From Parvularculaceae bacterium (GTDB taxonomy: Bacteria > Pseudomonadota > Alphaproteobacteria > Caulobacterales > Parvularculaceae): 64,000 nt of DNA. Below are positions 8,687-18,525 of this stretch, piece after piece. A program made the position numbers and the translations under genes. Position 1 is the stretch's first letter, and each line of letters opens with the position of its first letter. The stretch lies in NCBI GenBank assembly GCA_041398145.1, contig JAWKVF010000007.1, positions 2,385 to 66,384 on the forward strand, given 5' to 3'. Under the pieces are notes generated by a model. It did no database searches. It saw only the letters and a program-made list of their open reading frames with translations, and was not told where the DNA came from.

Positions 8687-10351
8687 TCAGGCCGGGGCCG
8701 GCTCGCCAGCGACGCCGGGCGAGGGCGTCTCGCGGGGCGTGACGCCAAGCTCCTTCGCGGCGCGGCGCAGCGCGTCGAGCCGGTTGGCGAAGCGGTTATC
8801 GGACGGCAGGCAGTGATCGGCGCCAAGACCCGCCAGCACCGATGCGACCTTGTCGTTGATGCCGGTCACATAAACCATGCGGCCGGCCTGCCGCGCGTCG
8901 CAGGCGATGGTTTCGACGGCGCGTGCAGCGCTGAGGTCGATGAACGGCACCTTCGAGAAATCGAGAATGATCGCGGCCATGCCGTCTTTGGCCTTGTCGC
9001 GCACATGGTGGCCAAGATCAGCCGCCGCGCCGAAGCTCAACGGGCCGCCGGCGAAGTCGAACAGGCCGATTTTGCCGTCGGCGGCGTCGAGGATCGCCCG
9101 CTCTTCCGGATCATAGACCGACGCGAACGTCTCCTTAAGCGAATTGATCTGGATGTCGGCGATCTGCTTGACGAAGGCGAGGGCGGCGAGAACCACGCCG
9201 GCTGCGACCGCCGTGATCAGATCGACGAACACGGTCAGCCCAAGCACCAGCGCCATCAGCGCCAGATCCCAGCGTGGGCCCTTGTGGGCGCGGCGCAGAT
9301 AGCTCCAGTCGATGATGTCGTATCCGACCTTCACGAGAATGCCGGCCAGCACCGCATGCGGAATTTTTTCCGCCAGCGGCGCCAGCGAGATCACCACGCC
9401 CAGCAGCAACAGGCCGTGGGTCATGCCCGAGATGCGGGTCTCGCCGCCGGAGCGGATATTGACCACGGTGCGCATGGTCGCGCCAGCGCCCGGAATGGCG
9501 CCGAACAGGCCGGCGACGGTGTTGCCGACGCCCTGGCCGACAAGCTCGCGGTTCGACTGGTGGCGGGTGCCGGTCATGTTGTCGGCGACCAGCGAGGTCA
9601 ACAGACTGTCAATCGCGCCAAGCAGGGCGAGAATGATCGCCGCCTCGATGACTATCCCGATGGAGTCGGCGGAAAAAGTCGGCATCACGAAATTCGGAAA
9701 TCCGGTGGGGATGTCGCCGATGATCGGCGCGCCGGGCAGGACGAGACTGATCAGCGTGCCCGCGACCAGCGCAACCAGCGGACCGGGCGCCCATTTGCCC
9801 CAGGATTTGGGCCAGTAGAACACGATGGCGAGTGAAATCAGGCCGACGACGACCGCCGGCAGAACCGGCGAGGCGACCGCGCCCGGTATCGCCGACAGCG
9901 CCGGGATCGTGCCGCCGCCCTCCGGCTCATGGCCGAACAGGCGCGAGACCTGCAGCGCGATGATGATCACGCCGATGCCGCTCATGAAGCCGGAAATCAC
10001 CGGGTACGGAACAAGCCGGATATACTGGCCGAGTCGCAACACGCCCATCAGGATCTGGATCAGGCCCGCCAGCACGACGGCGGCGAAGACCAGCGACAGA
10101 TTGCCGGACAGCGAAGCGAAGACGCCGGCGAAGATGACGACCATCGGACCGGTCGGGCCGGAGACCTGGGCGCCGGTGCCGCCGAACAGCGACGCGAAAA
10201 AGCCGACGAAAATCGCGCCCCAAAGGCCGGCGATCGGCCCGGCGCCGGAAGCCTCGCCAAAGGCGAGCGCCAGCGGCAACGCGACGACGCCGGCGGTCAG
10301 CCCGCCCATTAAATCGCCGCGCAGGTTACGCAGGTCGAAGAAATTGTTCAT
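8687..10351 (-). CDS. SulP/SLC26 anion transporter with STAS domain (BicA-like, probable bicarbonate transporter)
   Basis: GDLMGGLTAGVVALPLALAFG, QVSGPTGPM, GAGATMRTVVN and C-terminal STAS IILDFSKVPFIDLSA. Confidence 0.93.
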   Translation of the reverse strand: MNNFFDLRNLRGDLMGGLTAGVVALPLALAFGEASGAGPIAGLWGAIFVGFFASLFGGTGAQVSGPTGPMVVIFAGVFASLSGNLSLVFAAVVLAGLIQILMGVLRLGQYIRLVPYPVISGFMSGIGVIIIALQVSRLFGHEPEGGGTIPALSAIPGAVASPVLPAVVVGLISLAIVFYWPKSWGKWAPGPLVALVAGTLISLVLPGAPIIGDIPTGFPNFVMPTFSADSIGIVIEAAIILALLGAIDSLLTSLVADNMTGTRHQSNRELVGQGVGNTVAGLFGAIPGAGATMRTVVNIRSGGETRISGMTHGLLLLGVVISLAPLAEKIPHAVLAGILVKVGYDIIDWSYLRRAHKGPRWDLALMALVLGLTVFVDLITAVAAGVVLAALAFVKQIADIQINSLKETFASVYDPEERAILDAADGKIGLFDFAGGPLSFGAAADLGHHVRDKAKDGMAAIILDFSKVPFIDLSAARAVETIACDARQAGRMVYVTGINDKVASVLAGLGADHCLPSDNRFANRLDALRRAAKELGVTPRETPSPGVAGEPAPA

Positions 10352-10425
10352 GTGGTTCAATCCTTGAATCTTGGACTCCGTCATGGCCGCGAATGCGGCC
10401 ATGAATTTGGTCAATCAGGCGGGCG

Positions 10426-11100
10426 TTAATGGCCGTGATCGCCCTGATGGGCGTGAATAACGTCGGCCACGCTTTCCTTGTAGAGGTCGGCGACCGGGAC
10501 AAAGGCGTCGGCGACATGGTCATAGGCGAGCACTTCGCCGGTCTTGATGTCGTAGACCCAGCCGTGGATTTGCGTTTCGCCGGTGGCGATACGCACGGCG
10601 ACGTAAGGGTGGGTGCGCAGATGCGCGATCTGCAACAGCACGTTCTGCTTGATCAACAAATCTAGGCGTTCGTCATCGCTGATATCCTCGCCCATCTGGT
10701 TGACGATCAACGTCGCCGCCCGCGAATATGCCAGCCACTCGCGCACATGCGGAAATTCGTCCAGACCTTCGGGTTTTAGCGCGCCTTTCATGGCCCCGCA
10801 TCCTGAATGACCGCAGATGATGATGTGCGGCACGTGAAGCGCGCCGACGGCGAATTCTATCGATGCGGTCATGGCGCCGGTATGGTTCGTATGCGGTGGA
10901 ACGATATTGCCGGCGTTGCGGCAGATGAACAGCTCGCCCGGCTGGGTCTGGGTCAACAGATTCGGGTCGATGCGGCTGTCAGAGCAGGTGACGAACAGCG
11001 CTTCGGGCGATTGCCCGTCGGCAAGCTGTTCAAACAGGTCGCGGCGCTCGGCATAGGCTTCGCGCTGGAACTTCATCACGCCTTCGGCGAGTTTATTCAC
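10426..11100 (-). CDS. Beta-class carbonic anhydrase
   Basis: CSDSR and HSGCG zinc ligands, RNAGNIVP, GWVYDIKTG. The GTG start overlaps the arsR stop (GTGA). Confidence 0.95.
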   Translation of the reverse strand: MNKLAEGVMKFQREAYAERRDLFEQLADGQSPEALFVTCSDSRIDPNLLTQTQPGELFICRNAGNIVPPHTNHTGAMTASIEFAVGALHVPHIIICGHSGCGAMKGALKPEGLDEFPHVREWLAYSRAATLIVNQMGEDISDDERLDLLIKQNVLLQIAHLRTHPYVAVRIATGETQIHGWVYDIKTGEVLAYDHVADAFVPVADLYKESVADVIHAHQGDHGH

Positions 11101-11513
11101 GGTGTTTGCTCCATCTTCGGGTTCGCCCGCTCGCGTTTGTCGGATAGCGGGCCTTGGGGTTGTTCCGCCGCCCACAATTTCTTGGCGGCGTCGATAAGGC
11201 GATGCGCCGACGCATCATGTGCGGCGCGTTGGTCGAGAAGGTTCAGGCCGTCGATCAGCCAGTCCGCCACGTCGCGGTGGACCAACTGGTAATAGTGGTG
11301 GCGGCCTTCGCGGCGCTCCTCGACGAGGCGGTGGGCCCGAAGCAACGCCAGATGCTGCGACACCCGCGCCGCCGGCAGGTCGAGCCGCTCGTGCAGATCG
11401 TTCACATCGTGCTCTTCATTGCGCAATTCCTCGATGATCCGGATCCGGTCAGGGTGCGCGAGCACTTTCAAAATCGCGGCGAGATCATGGGCGATTTGAA
11501 CGCGGCTGGGCAT
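11097..11513 (-). CDS. ArsR/SmtB family transcriptional repressor (no cysteines)
   Basis: LAHPDRIRII...VSQHLALLR...VEERREGRHHYYQL winged HTH. Confidence 0.92.
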   Translation of the reverse strand: MPSRVQIAHDLAAILKVLAHPDRIRIIEELRNEEHDVNDLHERLDLPAARVSQHLALLRAHRLVEERREGRHHYYQLVHRDVADWLIDGLNLLDQRAAHDASAHRLIDAAKKLWAAEQPQGPLSDKRERANPKMEQTP

Positions 11514-11528
11514 TTCAGGGCTCTTATC

Positions 11529-11558
11529 TTCATATATGCAGAAACTTGCAGATATGAA
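11529..11558. promoter_or_regulatory. Inverted-repeat operator, probably bound by the adjacent ArsR
   Basis: TTCATATATGCA-GAAACT-TGCAGATATGAA: 12-bp arms with one mismatch, 16-45 nt upstream of the arsR ATG. Confidence 0.75.
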
Positions 11559-11653
11559 TGCGGGCCCGAATTGTCAACGAAAACCGGAGCGGCGGCGGTC
11601 AATTACCCGTGAGCGCACTCACGCCTGATCGTGCGATGGAGGAATGGAGGGCG

Positions 11654-11758
11654 CTAATTCATCGGGCGATAAATCTGAACCGCCCGATGATCGAATTTTC
11701 TCATGGTCGCGCGGGTTCATGCGAAAAACCGGTTTCCAGTTTTTCGCCCGGCGCGTTA
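11654..11758 (-). repeat. ~105-bp two-hairpin repeat, copy 2, starting at the rph stop codon
   Basis: Minus strand: TAA-CGCGCCGGGCGAAAAACTGGAAACCGGTTTTTCGC...CATCGGGCG-GTTCAGATTTAT-CGCCCGATG-AATTAG. Confidence 0.7.
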
Positions 11759-12463
11759 AACCGCCGCGGCCTGTTTTTCCGCAAGGCTGGTGCAGCCTTG
11801 CCGCGCCAGCGACAAAAGGGCGAGGAACTGCTCGTCCGAGAACGGTTCGCCCTCGGCGGTGCCCTGCACCTCGACGAGGCCGCCCTTGCCGGTGATGACG
11901 AAGTTGGCGTCGGTGCCGGCGGTTGAATCTTCCGCGTAATCGAGATCGAGCACCGGGGTGCCGCTAACAATGCCGCACGAAATCGCTGACACGGTGTCGA
12001 CGATGGGCGATTTTTTGATCACGCCCTGACTGACCGCCCAGTCGCAGCATTGGCGCAAGGCGACCCACGCCCCGGTGATCGCTGCGGTGCGGGTGCCGCC
12101 ATCCGCCTGAATAACGTCGCAATCGACGAGGATCTGACGCTCGCCAAGGGTTTTCAGATCGACGATGGCGCGCAGCGAACGCCCGATCAGGCGCTGGATC
12201 TCCTGCGTGCGGCCCGACTGGCCGCCCTTGGCCTCGCGCTTCATGCGCTCATGGGTCGAGCGCGGCAGCATGCCGTAATCGGCGGTGACCCAGCCGCGGC
12301 CCTGACCGCGCAGCCATGGCGGCGTCGTCTCGTCCCAGCTTGCTGTGCACAACACGTGGGTGTCGCCGAATTTGACGAAGCAAGACCCCTCCGCATGGCG
12401 CGAATAGCCGGGTTCGAGCGAGACTGCGCGCATTTCGTTGAAGCTGCGGCCGGAAGGGCGCAT
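11756..12463 (-). CDS. rph: Ribonuclease PH
   Basis: MRPSGRS...[48 protein letters not shown]. Confidence 0.97.
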   Translation of the reverse strand: MRPSGRSFNEMRAVSLEPGYSRHAEGSCFVKFGDTHVLCTASWDETTPPWLRGQGRGWVTADYGMLPRSTHERMKREAKGGQSGRTQEIQRLIGRSLRAIVDLKTLGERQILVDCDVIQADGGTRTAAITGAWVALRQCCDWAVSQGVIKKSPIVDTVSAISCGIVSGTPVLDLDYAEDSTAGTDANFVITGKGGLVEVQGTAEGEPFSDEQFLALLSLARQGCTSLAEKQAAAV

Positions 12464-12643
12464 GGGGCGTTCTCCGTAACTGGTTGGCGATATCGCCCAC
12501 GGCCTAACCGCCGCGCCCGAAGATGTCGAGGGATGACCGGGCGGCGAAGGGATTTTCATCGGCTGCGGCTCAGCCCGCGGTTCCGCCCCCGCTTCCGCAT
12601 AAGATGGATTTGCACGCCGGGCGACTGCTATTATCTGATAGCT

Positions 12644-13672
12644 ATGAGCGTGCTTAGCGATATCGACGCCCGCGCCCGCGAGGTGTTTCGACGAATTGTC
12701 GAGGCCTATCTTGAAACCGGCGAGCCGGTGGGCTCGCGCACGCTCAGCCAGGACGCGCGCCTGTCGGTGTCGCCGGCGACGATCCGCAATGTCATGGCCG
12801 ACCTGACCGATCTCGGCCTGTTGCACGCGCCGCACATTTCCGCCGGGCGGCTGCCGACCGAATTGGGCCTGCGCCTGTTCGTCGACGGGCTGTTGCAACT
12901 GGGCGATCTTTCCGAAACCGAACGCCGCGTGCTCGACCTCCCGGATGAATCTGACGGCGGCGGCACGGTGCTGGAGAACGCCGCCGCGAAATTGTCGGGG
13001 CTGACCCAGACCGCCAGCCTGGTGCTGGCGGCGAAATCCGAGGCGCCGCTGCGTCATATCGAATTCGTCGCCACCGGTCCCGGCCAGGCGCTGGTGGTTC
13101 TGGTGTTTGAAGACGGCAAGGTCGAAAACCGGGTGATGGAAACCCCGCACGGCCTGCCGCCGTCGTCGCTGGTGATGGCTGGCAATTATCTCTCGGCGCG
13201 TCTGCGCGGCAAGACCATCGGCGAGACCCGCGATGCGATCCTGAAAGAGATCGAGACCAATCAGGCCGCCCTGGATGAGCTGACCGCCAGCCTCGTCGCC
13301 AAGGGCGTCGCCGAGACGATGGGCCCTGACCGATCGTCGCTGATCGTGCGCGGGCGCGGCAATCTGCTTGACGAGCGCTCGGTCGGCGAACTTGAGCGCG
13401 TACGCATGCTGTTCGACGATCTTGAGCGCAAGCGCGACGTCATCGACCTGCTCAACGCCGCGCGCGACGGCGAGGGGGTGAAAATCTTCATCGGCTCCGA
13501 GAACCGGCTGTTTTCGCTGTCCGGCTCGTCGGTAATCGTTGCGCCCTATCATGACCGCGCCAACAAGATCGTCGGCGTGCTCGGGGTGATCGGCCCGACG
13601 CGGATCAATTACGCCCGGGTCATTCCCATCGTCGAATACGCCGCCGGCGTCGTCTCGCGGCAGTTGAAATAG
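12644..13672 (+). CDS. hrcA: Heat-inducible transcription repressor HrcA
   Basis: [45 protein letters not shown]. Confidence 0.97.
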   Translation: MSVLSDIDARAREVFRRIVEAYLETGEPVGSRTLSQDARLSVSPATIRNVMADLTDLGLLHAPHISAGRLPTELGLRLFVDGLLQLGDLSETERRVLDLPDESDGGGTVLENAAAKLSGLTQTASLVLAAKSEAPLRHIEFVATGPGQALVVLVFEDGKVENRVMETPHGLPPSSLVMAGNYLSARLRGKTIGETRDAILKEIETNQAALDELTASLVAKGVAETMGPDRSSLIVRGRGNLLDERSVGELERVRMLFDDLERKRDVIDLLNAARDGEGVKIFIGSENRLFSLSGSSVIVAPYHDRANKIVGVLGVIGPTRINYARVIPIVEYAAGVVSRQLK

Positions 13673-13705
13673 CCAAATCCTGTCGTCAGTCCACGCGCCC
13701 GCGCG

Positions 13706-13734
13706 GTTGAAAACCGCCCCTGCCGCGCGTATGT
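13706..13734 (+). promoter_or_regulatory. Putative sigma-32 (RpoH) promoter of grpE
   Basis: GTTGAA-N16-CGTATGT resembles the alphaproteobacterial RpoH consensus and lies upstream of grpE. Confidence 0.45.
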
Positions 13735-13806
13735 GGCGCATGGATGGCCGCGATATCAGCCGGCCTGCCCTATTTGCGCTTGTTGAGACGGAACAGTTAC
13801 ACCGCC

Positions 13807-14439
13807 ATGACCAAAGAACAGGACTATCCCCCCAATGACGGCCAGCCGAGTGATGAAGAGCTGGCGGCGATCGAGGCCGCGGCGCTGGAAGGCGCTGAGC
13901 CCGGCGAGGAAGCCCTGCGCGCGGAGATGGCGGCGCTGAACGACCGCGTGTTGCGCCTCGCCGCCGAGCTTGAGAACACCCGCCGGCGCGCCGACCGCGA
14001 AAAGGCCGACGCCAATCGCTACGCCATCGCCGGCTTTGCGCGCGATCTGTTGTCGGTCGCCGACAATTTCGAGCGCGCCCTCGACGCCGCGCCGGAGGAC
14101 GACGAGACCGCCGACGAAACCGTGACCTCGTTCGTGACCGGCGTGCGCATGACGGCGCGGGCGCTGGAATCGGTGCTAGAGCGCCATGGCGTCAAGAAGA
14201 TCAGCCCGAAAGGCGAAAAATTCGACCCGAACCTGCATCAGGCGGTGGCCCAGGCCCCGGCGCCGGGGGTGCCGCAGGGCTTCGTCAGCGAAGTCGCCCA
14301 GCCGGGCTTCGTGATCGGCGATCGGGTGCTGCGCGCGGCAATGGTGATCGTGTCAAACGGCGAGGGCGGCGGTAGTCCGGGTGGTAATCCGGGCGGAGGT
14401 CCCGGCGCCGGCGGCGGTCATGTCGATACCAGCGTCTGA
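13807..14439 (+). CDS. grpE: Nucleotide exchange factor GrpE
   Basis: [38 protein letters not shown]; Gly/Pro-rich tail. Confidence 0.96.
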   Translation: MTKEQDYPPNDGQPSDEELAAIEAAALEGAEPGEEALRAEMAALNDRVLRLAAELENTRRRADREKADANRYAIAGFARDLLSVADNFERALDAAPEDDETADETVTSFVTGVRMTARALESVLERHGVKKISPKGEKFDPNLHQAVAQAPAPGVPQGFVSEVAQPGFVIGDRVLRAAMVIVSNGEGGGSPGGNPGGGPGAGGGHVDTSV

Positions 14440-14490
14440 TCCCGGCGCACGCTGAAACCTGAATTCCCCAACCCCTGAGGTGGCCTCAAG

Positions 14491-14949
14491 ATGACGCACC
14501 AGCCCCGCATCAAGCTTCAGCGCCTCGCCCATGGCGCCGATCTGCCGGCGCCGGCCTATGAAACCGCGCTGGCGGCGGGCTGCGATATGCGCGCGGCGAC
14601 GCCGGCGGGTGCGCCAATGGTGCTCAAACCCGGCGAAAGGGCGATGGTGCCGACCGGCGTGGCGATTGCGCTGCCGCCGGGCTGGGAGGCGCAAATGCGC
14701 CCGCGCTCTGGGCTTGCGGCGAAATTCGGCATATCCTGCGTCAACTCGCCGGGCACGATCGACGCCGATTACCGCGGCGAGCTGAAAGTGATTTTGATCA
14801 ATCACGGCGCGGAGGATTTCGTCATCAATCGCGGCGACCGCATCGCCCAGATGGTTGTCGCGCCGGCTTTTCAAGCGGTGTTTGAAGAGGCCGACACGCT
14901 CGACGAGACCGACCGCGGCGCAGGAGGGTTCGGTTCGACCGGGATATGA
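14491..14949 (+). CDS. dut: dUTP diphosphatase
   Basis: [30 protein letters not shown]. Confidence 0.97.
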   Translation: MTHQPRIKLQRLAHGADLPAPAYETALAAGCDMRAATPAGAPMVLKPGERAMVPTGVAIALPPGWEAQMRPRSGLAAKFGISCVNSPGTIDADYRGELKVILINHGAEDFVINRGDRIAQMVVAPAFQAVFEEADTLDETDRGAGGFGSTGI

Positions 14950-15137
14950 GCTTGTTTGAGGCCATGCCGCTCGCGTTTCGCGACGCCTTGGTGATCATCG
15001 GGGCTCTTTGCGTCGTCGCCGGCATGGTGGTGCGTCAGTCGACGCCGGCGGGGCGTGGTCTTGGCATGTCGCTGATCGTCGTCGGCTGCATGATGGTGAT
15101 CGCCGGCCCGCTTGGGCGGACGTTCGGTTTCTGGTGA
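14946..15137 (+). CDS. Small two-TM hypothetical protein (63 aa)
   Basis: ATGA overlap with the dut stop and GTGA overlap with the next start; two hydrophobic segments. Confidence 0.65.
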   Translation: MSLFEAMPLAFRDALVIIGALCVVAGMVVRQSTPAGRGLGMSLIVVGCMMVIAGPLGRTFGFW

Positions 15138-15907
15138 CGCGCGACGCACAATTCCGCCAGCGCTATTTGCGGCATATCCTGCTCAAGGAGATCGGCGCTC
15201 AGGGCCAGCAGCGCCTTGCCGCCGCGCGGGTGCTGATTGTCGGCGCCGGCGGTCTGGGCGCGCCGCTGATCCAGTATCTCGCCGCCGCCGGCGTCGGAAC
15301 CCTGGGACTTGCCGACGACGATGTTGTCGAGTTGTCGAACCTGCAACGCCAGACGATCTATGCTGAAGCGGACCTCGGCCGGTCGAAGGTCGACGCGGCT
15401 CACGATTTCGTCGCACGCCTCAATGCGGCGACGCGGTTCGAACGCCACGCATTTCGCATCGACCGCTCGAACGCCGCCGACCTTGTCCGCGATTATGATC
15501 TGGTGGTCGAGGGCGTTGACAGCTTCGCCGCGCGGTTCGATCTCAACCGCGCCGCCATCGCCGCGCGCAAGCCGCTGGTGTCGGCCGCAGTCGGGCGTTT
15601 CGACGGCATGGTCTCAGTGTTCAAGCCCTACGCCGGCGCGACTCTGCCCTGTTATCGCTGCTTCGTGCCAGAGCCGCCGGGGCCGGAAGAAGCGCAGACC
15701 TGCCTTGAACAGGGGGTGGTCGGCCCGGTCACCGGCATCGTCGGAACCTTCGCTGCGCTGGAGACGCTCAAGCAGATCGCCGGCTTCGGCGAGCCGCTGG
15801 TCGGGCGCGTCCTGATCATCGACACGCTGGGCGCTCAATCCCGCACGATTGCGCTGAGGCGCGATCCGGCGTGTCCTGATTGCAGTGCGATTGAACGCGA
15901 AGGGTGA
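15134..15907 (+). CDS. moeB: HesA/MoeB/ThiF family adenylyltransferase
   Basis: RYLRHILLKEIG, GAGGLG, VELSNLQRQ, CYRC and CPDC zinc motifs. Confidence 0.85.
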   Translation: MTRDAQFRQRYLRHILLKEIGAQGQQRLAAARVLIVGAGGLGAPLIQYLAAAGVGTLGLADDDVVELSNLQRQTIYAEADLGRSKVDAAHDFVARLNAATRFERHAFRIDRSNAADLVRDYDLVVEGVDSFAARFDLNRAAIAARKPLVSAAVGRFDGMVSVFKPYAGATLPCYRCFVPEPPGPEEAQTCLEQGVVGPVTGIVGTFAALETLKQIAGFGEPLVGRVLIIDTLGAQSRTIALRRDPACPDCSAIEREG

Positions 15908-15928
15908 GGGGCGCGGACGGCGGCCGTT

Positions 15929-16426
15929 TCAACCGGCCATCGTCAGCACGACGACCGCGCCGGGGGCGACGTCGACCTTGGTTTCGTCGAATGTCGGCTT
16001 GCGAAGTTTCGGCTTGATATCGTTTGAAAAGATCAGCGGTTCGGTCGGAACGCCGAGAACGCTGCGGTTTAACTTGCCGTCGCCGTTCGCGTCATAATAG
16101 GCGACGAAAGAATATTCACCCGCTTCAAGCCCGTTCAGCGTAATCAGCGCCACGCCGTCGTCATTGACGGGGCCGTGATGCTTGATCGCCGCCATTTCAA
16201 GGAAGGTTTCGGGCTTGTCGTACACGGACAAACGCACCTCGCCGCCTTGCGCGGCGAAAGGGGCCTGCACCGCCAGCACGACCGAACCGTCGGCGGCGAA
16301 TTTCGCGAAGGGATCGGGCGCAGGGGCGCTGTCCGCCAGCGCCGTTCCGGCTGACGCCGCCGCGATTGCGGCCATGCACGCTATTGAAAACCGTCGTCCC
16401 ACCAACCCCAGCCTTCCGCTATTCAA
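15929..16426 (-). CDS. DUF2141 domain exported protein
   Basis: GEYSFVAYYDANGDGKLNRSVLGVPTEPLIFSND; signal-peptide-like N-terminus; start uncertain. Confidence 0.85.
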   Translation of the reverse strand: MNSGRLGLVGRRFSIACMAAIAAASAGTALADSAPAPDPFAKFAADGSVVLAVQAPFAAQGGEVRLSVYDKPETFLEMAAIKHHGPVNDDGVALITLNGLEAGEYSFVAYYDANGDGKLNRSVLGVPTEPLIFSNDIKPKLRKPTFDETKVDVAPGAVVVLTMAG

Positions 16427-16643
16427 CTTTTCTTCTCGCTCGGCGCCCTGTTCGTCCGGCGCCCTGTGCTGGCCCCGATGCTTGCTCCGGGGCGCTCCAA
16501 TGCGTACTGGGCGCACCTGATGTAAATGGGGGTAATTTCTTCAAATCAACTTAAAATTCGCTCGCATCCGCTCACCATATCGCGATCACGCGGGGGCGTT
16601 ACGAAAATGCCACGGCCTGCCGGCGTCGCTGGCCCATTTCGGG

Positions 16644-17633
16644 TCAGTCGAGACCCGGAATGACGCGGTCGGGTGGTTTGTGGCCGTCGGCGAACATCTT
16701 GATGTTGATGATGACGCGCTCGCCCATCTCCAGCCGGCTTTCCACCGTCGCCGAGGCCATGTGCGGCAATAAGACGACATTGGGTGCGGCCATCAGTTTC
16801 GGGTTCGGGCTCGGCTCGTATTCGAAGACGTCGAGTGCGGCCCCGCCGAGCCGGCCGGCGTCGATCATCTCCGCCAAGGTGTCTTCATCAATGATTTCCC
16901 CGCGTGAGATGTTCACCACATAGGCGTGAGGCTGCAACAGCTCCAGACGCCGCCGCGACAACAGGTGATAGGTCGCCGGGGTATGCGGACAATTCACCGA
17001 CACGATATCCATATGGGCGAGCATCTGGTCGAGGCTTTCCCAATAGGTGGCTTCAAGTTCGTCTTCGATATGCGGGTTGATCGGCGCGCGATTGTGATAG
17101 TGGATCGCCAGTCCGAAGGCGCGGGCGCGCCGGGCGATCGCCTCGCCGACGCGGCCGAGCCCGATAATGCCGAGCTTCTTGCCGCGCACGCGCCGGCCCA
17201 GCATCCATGTCGGCGACCAGCCGGTAAAGGCGCCGGTCTCCAGTGCGCGAACGCCCTCCACGAGGCGGCGCGGCACCGCCAGGATCAGCGCCATCGCCAT
17301 GTCGGCGGCGTCCTCCGCCAGCACCGAGGGGGTGTTGGTGACGGTGACGCCGCGCGCGTTCGCGGCGGCGACGTCGATATGATCGACCCCGGCGCCGAAA
17401 TTGGCGATCAGCTTCAGGCGGTCGCCGGCGGCGTCGAGAAACTCCGCGTCGATGACGTCGCCAAGGGTCGGCGCCAGGACGTCGCACTCATGCGCAAGGG
17501 CGAGCAGGCCGTCCCGCGTCATCGGCCGGTCGTCTGCATTGAGGACGACATCGAATAGCGCCGACAGCCGCGCCTCCACCGCATCGGGCAGCTTGCGCGT
17601 CACCCCAATTTTCAACTGTCGTTTGTGTGTCAT
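16644..17633 (-). CDS. D-2-hydroxyacid dehydrogenase (glyoxylate/D-glycerate reductase family)
   Basis: ANFGAGVDHID, GIIGLGRVG, NISRG, LDVFEYEP, LLPHMAS. Confidence 0.92.
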   Translation of the reverse strand: MTHKRQLKIGVTRKLPDAVEARLSALFDVVLNADDRPMTRDGLLALAHECDVLAPTLGDVIDAEFLDAAGDRLKLIANFGAGVDHIDVAAANARGVTVTNTPSVLAEDAADMAMALILAVPRRLVEGVRALETGAFTGWSPTWMLGRRVRGKKLGIIGLGRVGEAIARRARAFGLAIHYHNRAPINPHIEDELEATYWESLDQMLAHMDIVSVNCPHTPATYHLLSRRRLELLQPHAYVVNISRGEIIDEDTLAEMIDAGRLGGAALDVFEYEPSPNPKLMAAPNVVLLPHMASATVESRLEMGERVIINIKMFADGHKPPDRVIPGLD

Positions 17634-17679
17634 GCCTCGTCCATTATGCCGCCTGATCGGCGCGTCCTATATGGCGCGG

Positions 17680-17695
17680 TTAACCGCATGTTAAC
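17680..17695. promoter_or_regulatory. CtrA-type binding box
   Basis: Exact TTAA-CCGCATG-TTAAC between the divergent dehydrogenase and SH3 genes. Confidence 0.7.
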
Positions 17696-17793
17696 AAGCG
17701 CCCCGCAAAGTTCACCACTTATTCACCTTCATACTTCCTGACCACCCGCCGCAAATTCCACGCCGGCGGCGCGGCGGAGCGCAAAGGCGGCGG

Positions 17794-18318
17794 ATGGGAT
17801 CTCGCGCAATTATCGGTTATCTCGCGGTGGCGAGTTGGGTCGTCGTGGCGGCCGGTGCGGCGTTTGGCGCGCCGTCAGGGGCTTTGGCCGGCGAGGTGCG
17901 TACCGACACCCCGTCAGGGCGGCCGGTGCCGCGTTTTGTCAGCCTGAAATCGAGCGAAACCAATTGCCGGATCGGGCCAAGCTTTGACCATCCGGTGCGC
18001 TATGTGTTCAAAAAGGCCGGCGCGCCGGTCATCATCGTCGCTGAATCGGTCGATCATTGGCGAAAAATCCGCGATTTTTCGGGCGATGAGTGCTGGGTGC
18101 ACCAGACGACCCTGAAGGCGGTGTCGCAGGTGATTGCGCTTGCCGAAGTCGACTTGCACGCAAGGCCGCGGGCGAACGCGCCGGTGCGCGGCCGGCTTGG
18201 CGTGCGCGCCTTCGCCAAGATCGAAAAGCGCCGCGACGGCTGGTTGCTGTTGTCGGCGGCGGATGCGAAGGGCTGGGCGCCCGCTGGCGCGCTCTGGGGC
18301 GCAAGCGCGCCGCAATAA
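17794..18318 (+). CDS. Exported tandem bacterial SH3 (SH3_4) domain protein
   Basis: SGRPVPRFVSLK...RIGPSFDHPV...HWRKIRDFSGDECWVHQ; N-terminal signal. Confidence 0.85.
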   Translation: MGSRAIIGYLAVASWVVVAAGAAFGAPSGALAGEVRTDTPSGRPVPRFVSLKSSETNCRIGPSFDHPVRYVFKKAGAPVIIVAESVDHWRKIRDFSGDECWVHQTTLKAVSQVIALAEVDLHARPRANAPVRGRLGVRAFAKIEKRRDGWLLLSAADAKGWAPAGALWGASAPQ

Positions 18319-18365
18319 GCGCTGACGCGTGCAATTGACCCGGCGCGGCCGCGCCATTACCTAGC

Positions 18366-18469
18366 CTAGTGTGTTTTGACGGAGAATTGGTTCACCGGTT
18401 TTCCGTCACAAAACGCGAACAGGAAGATCCAAAGCGTCCCGGCGAGCCAGGAACACTCAGGACGCTCTG
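18366..18469 (+). repeat. ~104-bp two-hairpin repeat, copy 3, in the fabA 5' region
   Basis: CTAG-TGTGTTTTGACGGAGAATTGGTTCACCGGTTTTCCGTCACAAAACGC, A-rich spacer, then AGCGTCC...GGACGCT. Confidence 0.6.
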
Positions 18470-18525
18470 AAACACATGACTTGCCGGCGCGCCTTCGCGC
18501 GCCCGGCGTATTGATCGGCGGAGAG

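Noticed and set aside
12609-12631. CIRCE-like element upstream of hrcA (TTTGCACGC-N5-GACTGCTAT)
   Set aside because: The spacer is 5 nt rather than 9, and each arm has two mismatches.
11756-13741. 661-aa minus-strand ORF suggesting a large rph fusion
   Set aside because: Only the last 235 aa are RNase PH (ATG 12463). The upstream part is the antisense shadow of hrcA and has no recognisable motifs.
14365-14420. Gly/Pro repeats at the end of grpE
   Set aside because: Ordinary low-complexity protein tail ([17 protein letters not shown]), not a DNA element.
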